From contig JBBQDM010000005.1 in assembly GCA_038319675.1 (NCBI GenBank), positions 132,850 through 196,849 on the forward strand: a stretch of DNA of 64,000 nucleotides, written 5' to 3'. Shown piece after piece: positions 58,627 to 64,000 of the stretch (position 1 is the first letter of the stretch; each line of letters starts with the position of its first letter). The notes under the pieces are model-generated. The model made no database searches, was not told the origin of the DNA, and was given only the letters and a program-made list of their open reading frames with translations. The DNA is from Vicinamibacterales bacterium (lineage in GTDB: Bacteria > Acidobacteriota > Vicinamibacteria > Vicinamibacterales > SCN-69-37). A program made the position numbers and the translations under genes.

Positions 58627-59264
58627 GAGTGCAAACCCCCTCCAAGGGCCTCGAGCATCAACTGCATACGTTCAATTTCTGCTGTCTGGTCGGCGAATAC
58701 GTCCGACGCAAACAGATAGATGTCATCGTCCATCGCCGCACCGTGCGCGGCGAACAGTTCGTCCACCATGGCGATCGCGCCTTCGTGGTGTTTGATCATG
58801 CCGACCAAGAACAGGCGGTCCCAGTCCTTGCTGCGGGCCTTCTTCAGCGCGGCCAGTTCCTGCTCCGTGAGCATGCCCGGCATGAGCATGTCGTGTTTCA
58901 TTCCGCCATGGTCCATCGTCATGTGGGTGGCGTCCGGGGCCGGCACGGTCTGCGCGCGGTCACGCAGCCAGGTGCGCATCATGGCGATTTCATCACGCTG
59001 GCTGATGCTCATGCGTTCACACAGCAACTGCACGTGGGCACTGGCACCGTTGGGCTGGGCCATGTTGCACATGACGAGCGCCTGTGCGTGATGCGGAATC
59101 ATGCCCTGCATGAACTTCACGTCCGCGGCGTTGTAGGGCTGACGGACCAGTTCAGGGCGCGGACGCGGGTCACCCGGCAACTGCGCGGCGGCGAGTGTGG
59201 GAACTACAAGTGTGGCGGCCAGCACGACGCCGGTCGCCATCGTCTGAAGAGTCTGACGGGTCAT
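58623..59264 (-). CDS. DUF305-family four-helix (His-rich, metal-related) protein
   Basis: Duplicated 'FMQGMIPHHAQALVMC' and 'FLVGMIKHHEGAIAMV' motifs. Signal peptide. ATGA overlap with the downstream LVIVD gene. The ORF start at 59348 is rejected. Confidence 0.8.
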   Translation of the reverse strand: MTRQTLQTMATGVVLAATLVVPTLAAAQLPGDPRPRPELVRQPYNAADVKFMQGMIPHHAQALVMCNMAQPNGASAHVQLLCERMSISQRDEIAMMRTWLRDRAQTVPAPDATHMTMDHGGMKHDMLMPGMLTEQELAALKKARSKDWDRLFLVGMIKHHEGAIAMVDELFAAHGAAMDDDIYLFASDVFADQTAEIERMQLMLEALGGGLHS

Positions 59265-59301
59265 ACGCAACAAAATACCTCCGGGGCACGGGCAGTGTAA
59301 G

Positions 59302-61005
59302 TCATTTTGGACCGGCCGCGCCCCCCGTCCACCGTGGCTCAGCCACACCGGATGTCAGGCCACCGGGGATGGTGTCGACTGCGTGGACGCGCCCAAAAAA
59401 TCCTGCAGGAGAGGGGACCAGCGTGAAGCCCCACGCCGTCAGCAGCGCACGATCGCCGGCCGACCACGCCGACAGCGGTCCTTCCTCGACGCGCAGTGTG
59501 CGTTCGGCATCCGGGTGGACGCGTGGGGCCAACATCGCCTCAGCGAGTGTCATTCGGTGATCCACCATCCGACTGATCACCTGGATGACCGCCGAGAGGA
59601 TGCGCGAGTCGCCCGCACCACCAAGCGCCACGACACGCCGCCCATCGGGAGCGATGACGATGGTCGGGGAGACGGTGGAGGTGGGTCGTGATCCGGGAAC
59701 GGTGCCGAGTCGCGTGGCAAACAGGAATCCCAGACCGGGCGCGACCAGACGCGTCCCCATGCTTGGCCCCAGCGACTGCGTGAGCGTGACCACACGGCCA
59801 TCTGCATCCGCGACCGACAGATGCGTCGTGGCTTCACGATCGTCCGGGGCTGAGACGAGTGTGCCTGGGGGAAACAGCAACCCTGCGCCCTGGAAAGGAG
59901 CGGCGTTGCGAAACGTGCCTGGGTCCACGCGCGGAGGCATGACCACGCGTGCGGCTCGGGCGGCGGCGTGGTCGAGCGACGTGAGAAAGGCGGCGCTCTG
60001 GGCTTCGGTGCCCCGGCGCATCGACCGATCAGTCAACGCCCAATGCATGGCCTGTCCGATCACGGCCGCCCATCGCGCATCGTCACCACGCGCCGGCACT
60101 TCGAGTCGTTCGAGTGTGTGCAGGGCCTGGACAACGGCCTGTCCTGCCGCAGGACGGAAGTTGGCGTGGATGTCATGGCCTCGATAGGTGCCGCGCACCG
60201 GCAGCGCAGGAAGAGCGCGATACGCGGCGAGATCCGCACGCCGCACGAACCCGCCATGGGCGCGCATGTCCGCGTCGATGGCGTCGGCGATCGCACCGCG
60301 ATAAAACGCGTCCACGCCGTCAGAGGCGAGTACACGCAGGGTGGCAGCCAACTGGGGATTGGCGACCCGCTCGCCGGCCCGCCAGACCGAGCCGTCGGCT
60401 TTGAGGTACGTGCCGCGCCCTCCGCCGAACGTCGCGAGTGGCTCACGCGCGGCCGCCCAGCGGTCGGCTTCTGCCGCGCCGAGGATGAATCCGTGTGTCG
60501 CCAGATCGATCGCCGGTTGCAACACTCGTGCGAGGGGCCACGTGCCGTGGGCGTCCAACACATGCGCCAGTGCGGCCGGTACGCCGGGAATCGTGGCGCG
60601 TTCGTACGGTTCGGGAATGCCCGACTTCTCCACGTAGATCGACGGCACCTGGTTCAGACCGTCGATGCCCACGATCGTGCCGTCCGGCTCACGCAGCAGA
60701 ATGCTGGCACGTCCGCCAAGCCCGGACATGCTGGGTTCGGTGACGGCCAGCGCAAATGCCGTGGCGACGGCGGCATCCACGGCATTGCCCCCCTGCGCCA
60801 GCACATGCGCGCCGACAGCCGTGGCCTCCACCGTGGCGCTGGCAACAACGCCACGGGCGGACTGGGCGATCTGGGCGGCAGGATGTGTAATCGCCGAGTC
60901 GGCCGCGACGGTTCTCTGCGTCCCGCTCGTCAGGGAGCCGGCACAACCAGAGGCCAACAGGCCCCCCAGCAGAAGCAACAGCGGGTGCCGAAGGCGGTGC
61001 AGCAT
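59302..61005 (-). CDS. ggt: gamma-glutamyltransferase
   Basis: 'GGNAVDAAVATAFALAVTEPSMSGLGGR', autoprocessing site 'DDREATTHLSVADADGRVVTLTQSLG', 'GGAGDSRI'. Lipobox 'LLGGLLASGC'. Start at ATG 61005. The ORF start at 61107 is rejected. Confidence 0.9.
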   Translation of the reverse strand: MLHRLRHPLLLLLGGLLASGCAGSLTSGTQRTVAADSAITHPAAQIAQSARGVVASATVEATAVGAHVLAQGGNAVDAAVATAFALAVTEPSMSGLGGRASILLREPDGTIVGIDGLNQVPSIYVEKSGIPEPYERATIPGVPAALAHVLDAHGTWPLARVLQPAIDLATHGFILGAAEADRWAAAREPLATFGGGRGTYLKADGSVWRAGERVANPQLAATLRVLASDGVDAFYRGAIADAIDADMRAHGGFVRRADLAAYRALPALPVRGTYRGHDIHANFRPAAGQAVVQALHTLERLEVPARGDDARWAAVIGQAMHWALTDRSMRRGTEAQSAAFLTSLDHAAARAARVVMPPRVDPGTFRNAAPFQGAGLLFPPGTLVSAPDDREATTHLSVADADGRVVTLTQSLGPSMGTRLVAPGLGFLFATRLGTVPGSRPTSTVSPTIVIAPDGRRVVALGGAGDSRILSAVIQVISRMVDHRMTLAEAMLAPRVHPDAERTLRVEEGPLSAWSAGDRALLTAWGFTLVPSPAGFFGRVHAVDTIPGGLTSGVAEPRWTGGAAGPK

Positions 61006-61040
61006 GCCGGCTATTCTACGGGCCCTCACGACGCTACAGT

Positions 61041-63230
61041 ATGGGCGTGAACAAACACCTGTGGCGGTTGAGCGTCGGTGTGGTGGCATGGCTGCTCGTG
61101 TCTGCACCGGTGTCTGTCGGGCAGTCAGACCCCGAGTTGTGGAGGCAGGTCGAAATCATTCGGACCGCCCACGGCGTGCCGCACATCCGGGCCGAGAATC
61201 TGCGGGCGGGCGGCTATGCGCTGGGATGGTTGCAGGTCGAAGACCACGGGGAGGCGACCCCTCTTCGGCTCTGGGCCACCCGCGGACAGACGGCCCGCAT
61301 CGATGGACGCTCCGGGCTCACCGCTGATTTCAACGCGTTGCGCGAGCGCGATCGTGCGATCGAAACATTGCATCTGCTCGAACCTGAGACGCGCGATCTG
61401 TACGATGGATTCGCCGCGGGTGTGAACCGCTACATCACCCTGCATCGCGACCAGTTTGCCGCACACATTCCGGCCGACTTCACCGGCTACGACGTGGCGA
61501 CGCTGCACATCGGTGATGGGCCTCCCGCTGCGCGTGTGCGGCGTGTGTTGCAGACAATTGAGGCTGGATCGGTGGCCGAGGAGTGGCTCGACGCCGATGT
61601 CGAGACACCACGGACCGATGAGGATGGATCAAACGCCTGGGCGCTGGCTCCGAGTCGCACCAGGTCGGGCAAGGCCATCCTGCTCCGTAATCCGCATCTG
61701 GCCTGGAGCGCGGGGTACTACGAAGCGCACCTCACCGTGCCGGGCGTCATGGATTTTTATGGCGACTTCCGCATCGGGGGACCGCTTGGCGTCATCGGCG
61801 GCTTCAACCGGTACCTCGGCTGGTCCACCACCAACAGCAATACCGGTGACCGTACCGAGATCTATGCCGTGCCTCTCGATCCTGAGCGTCCCGATCGTTA
61901 CAGGCTGGATGGTGCGAGCCTGCCCCTGACGCAGGTCACACGCACCGTGGAATACCTCGACGGGGGCGTGCTCGTGCCGGAGACGCGCGAGTTCTGGTCG
62001 ACGCCACTCGGGCCTGTCGTGCATCGAACGTCGGACACGGTGTACATCGCCCGCACCGCTGGAGATGGCGAGTTCCGCGCCGGCGAACAGTTTCTGCGTC
62101 TGATGCGTGCCACGTCCCTTGATCAGTGGATCTCGGTGATGCGGACGCGCGCACTCGTGTCGCAAAACTACACGTACGCCGATCGTGCCGGCAACATTCT
62201 GGTGTTGTGGAACGCCTCGTTGCCGCTGCTGCCGCACGAGATGGGTGGGGACACAGCGGTGCCGGCGACACGCCTGCGTGACATGTGGACCCAGTATCTG
62301 CCGTTTGAGGCACTGCCCCTCATGTTCAACCCGCGCGGCGGCTACGTGCACAACGAGAACGATTCCCCACACTTTGCCAACGTTCGGCAGCCGATCAACT
62401 TGGTGAACGCGTATCCCAACATGGAGCCGCCGATGCTCCGCCTCCGGAGCCAACTGGGGATTCAGCTGATCGATCACAACCGCAAGCTGAGCCTGGAAGA
62501 TGTCGTGCGGATCAAACACGACTACCGCATGTTGCTCGCCGATCGCGTGAAGCCGGATCTGCTGACGGCCTTGGCTGCGGTGCCTGTGACCGGAAGCGTG
62601 GCGGACGCGGCGCAGGTGCTGCGTCGCTGGAACAACACCGCCGCAGCCGAGAGCCGCGGAGCCGTGTTGTTCGACATCTGGTGGTCGCGGTACTCACAGG
62701 ACCGAAGCGAGGCCGAACAGTTCGCGCACCCCTGGTCCGAGACTGACCCGTTGACGACTCCGCGCGGACTCGCTGATCCGATACGTGCGGTCGAAGCGTT
62801 GACCTGGGCTGTTGCCGAAACGACACGCCGTCATGGTGCCGTGGACGTGGCGTGGGGGGATGTCCATCGCGTCCGCCGAGGCGCAGTGGACGTGCCAGTC
62901 GGTGGTTGCCCAGGCCGTCTCGGTTGCTTCCGCGTGCTCGGGTTCACGAGGCAGGACGATGGCAAGTATGCGGCGACGACCGGTGATGGATGGGTGCTGG
63001 CCGTGGAATTTGGCGACGAGCCGAAAGCGTACTCGGTGCTCGCCTACGGCCAAAGCGCGAAGCCCGACTCACCGTGGCACGCCGATCAGGCCGAGATGTT
63101 CGCGCGCGGCGAGATGAAACGTGTGGCTTTCAGTGCCCGCGATGTGGATCGCCAGGCAGTCGTTCGGTATCGCCCCGGCCAACACCCGGGCGTGTCTACC
63201 GTGGTGCCGCCAGCGTCAGTACGGCGCTGA
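61041..63230 (+). CDS. penicillin-acylase-family Ntn hydrolase (possible acyl-homoserine-lactone acylase)
   Basis: 'IIRTAHGVPHIRAENL', nucleophile context 'EDGSNAWALAPSRTRSGKAILLRNPHL', 'YEAHL', 'GGYVHNENDSP'. Confidence 0.85.
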   Translation: MGVNKHLWRLSVGVVAWLLVSAPVSVGQSDPELWRQVEIIRTAHGVPHIRAENLRAGGYALGWLQVEDHGEATPLRLWATRGQTARIDGRSGLTADFNALRERDRAIETLHLLEPETRDLYDGFAAGVNRYITLHRDQFAAHIPADFTGYDVATLHIGDGPPAARVRRVLQTIEAGSVAEEWLDADVETPRTDEDGSNAWALAPSRTRSGKAILLRNPHLAWSAGYYEAHLTVPGVMDFYGDFRIGGPLGVIGGFNRYLGWSTTNSNTGDRTEIYAVPLDPERPDRYRLDGASLPLTQVTRTVEYLDGGVLVPETREFWSTPLGPVVHRTSDTVYIARTAGDGEFRAGEQFLRLMRATSLDQWISVMRTRALVSQNYTYADRAGNILVLWNASLPLLPHEMGGDTAVPATRLRDMWTQYLPFEALPLMFNPRGGYVHNENDSPHFANVRQPINLVNAYPNMEPPMLRLRSQLGIQLIDHNRKLSLEDVVRIKHDYRMLLADRVKPDLLTALAAVPVTGSVADAAQVLRRWNNTAAAESRGAVLFDIWWSRYSQDRSEAEQFAHPWSETDPLTTPRGLADPIRAVEALTWAVAETTRRHGAVDVAWGDVHRVRRGAVDVPVGGCPGRLGCFRVLGFTRQDDGKYAATTGDGWVLAVEFGDEPKAYSVLAYGQSAKPDSPWHADQAEMFARGEMKRVAFSARDVDRQAVVRYRPGQHPGVSTVVPPASVRR

Positions 63231-63990
63231 CGGGGCGGTGATCGGACGCCACGGGCTCGTCGATGACGCGCACATGGCGCGCCTGCCATGAGGCGGCAGG
63301 TGCCGCGAAGATGAAATCGATCTCGCGCGTGGGCTCCGTCGATGAAAACGTGAACCGATCCGCTGCGGGTTTCGCCGCCTCGAGCGTTCGCGACTTGAAC
63401 AGCGCCAGCGTGCGTGACTCGGGCACGTCGTTGAAGTCGCCCAGCAGGATGTACGGCATCGTCAACGCATCGAGATACCGCGTCAGTGCCTCAGCCTGTG
63501 CGAACCGAAACGTGTCGTCGCGCACCCAATCGAAGTGCACGTTCACGATGGTGAGCCGGCGGCTGTCGGGCAGACGCACCTCCACGGCCAGGGCAATGCG
63601 AGGTTCGTTGCCGTCGGGCAGGCGCACGGATCGTGTGGATGTAATCGGATACCTGGTCAGGATTGCCATGCCGTACGCGCCGCCCTGGAAGTCCATGAAT
63701 CGCCCAAACGCGTGGTGCATGCCGAGCAGGTGACCCAGGCGTTCAGTCTGAGGAACGCCCCCGCTGCGTGTGGTCATGTCGTCTACTTCCTGCAGACCGA
63801 CGATGTCCGGCGTCAGGGCGCGAAGCACGTTGGCCGTGCGCTCGAGATCGACGACGTTGTCGTTGCCGCGGCCGTGTTTGATGTTGTAGCTGACCACGTG
63901 GAGGTCTGTGGCCTGGGTGGCCGGCAGCGCGGCCGTGGCCGCGACCGCAATCATGGAGACGAGCAGCGCTGTCGTCAGTCGCAGCATCAA
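63196..63990 (-). CDS. endonuclease/exonuclease/phosphatase (EEP) family protein
   Basis: 'LHVVSYNIKHGRG', 'PDIVGLQEVD', 'LTIVNVHFDW', 'ILLGDFN', 'IDFIF', 'ASDHRPV'. Signal peptide. Confidence 0.8.
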   Translation of the reverse strand: MMLRLTTALLVSMIAVAATAALPATQATDLHVVSYNIKHGRGNDNVVDLERTANVLRALTPDIVGLQEVDDMTTRSGGVPQTERLGHLLGMHHAFGRFMDFQGGAYGMAILTRYPITSTRSVRLPDGNEPRIALAVEVRLPDSRRLTIVNVHFDWVRDDTFRFAQAEALTRYLDALTMPYILLGDFNDVPESRTLALFKSRTLEAAKPAADRFTFSSTEPTREIDFIFAAPAASWQARHVRVIDEPVASDHRPVSAVLTLAAPR

Positions 63991-64000
63991 GGTGTTCTCC

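Noticed and set aside
63196-63230. 35-nt overlap of the convergent 3' ends of the acylase and EEP genes
   Set aside because: It is probably just a slightly extended, non-conserved C-terminal tail on one or both proteins in stop-poor GC-rich DNA. Nothing suggests antisense regulation and it cannot be evaluated without orthologues.

Overview
High-GC bacterial chromosomal fragment. The gene content, plus an HTH-TM regulator N-terminus of a type I associate with Acidobacteriota, suggest that phylum, but this is a low-confidence inference. By eye I found no rRNA, tRNA, CRISPR array, transposase or integrase. I support about 47 protein-coding genes. They sit in a few long co-directional blocks whose junctions are mostly 1- or 4-nt start/stop overlaps (ATGA, GTGA, TGATG), which implies translational coupling.

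Layout:
- 0-3.2 kb: hypothetical envelope proteins, including a PEGA-domain protein with extreme low-complexity regions.
- 3.4-19.0 kb, plus strand, with no recognisable terminator in between: hslVU, a large Fn3 lipoprotein, an FAH-family hydrolase, transaldolase/FSA, a three-gene acyl-CoA carboxylase (CT, BC, BCCP), TamB, BamA and a SurA-N-like chaperone.
- 19.03-19.21 kb: a ~178-nt imperfect palindrome built from GGTTCC-type heptamers.
- 19.2-32.8 kb, minus strand: a 10-gene translationally coupled glycosylation operon. It has three paralogous GT-C-like polytopic proteins, one GT39-like protein, four GT4 enzymes, a zinc-ribbon SAM methyltransferase and a CPBP protease. It has no Wzx, Wzy, ABC transporter or priming transferase.
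- 33.2-39.5 kb: class II ribonucleotide reductase (nrdJ) behind a ~430-bp lower-GC leader, then M28 and M14 peptidases.
- 39.5-47.1 kb, accessory-looking segment: hipBA with two TTCGTC-N6-GACGAA operators, an HTH-TM-beta-propeller one-component-like protein, and a divergent 3-gene envelope operon (lipoprotein, Q-rich/Cys-rich bitopic protein, degenerate TonB-dependent-receptor-like barrel).
- 47.1-64 kb: a 2-oxoacid:ferredoxin oxidoreductase operon headed by an uncharacterised P-loop NTPase, a BON lipoprotein, a NaChBac/NavAb-type sodium channel, an S9 peptidase, a parvulin PPIase, an LVIVD-propeller/DUF305 pair, GGT, a penicillin/AHL-acylase-family Ntn hydrolase and an EEP-family nuclease/phosphatase.

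Best candidates for something undescribed: the GT-C-rich glycosylation operon, the HTH-TM-propeller plus envelope operon next to hipBA, and the heptamer palindrome. All functional calls come from motif recognition by eye. No database search was run.
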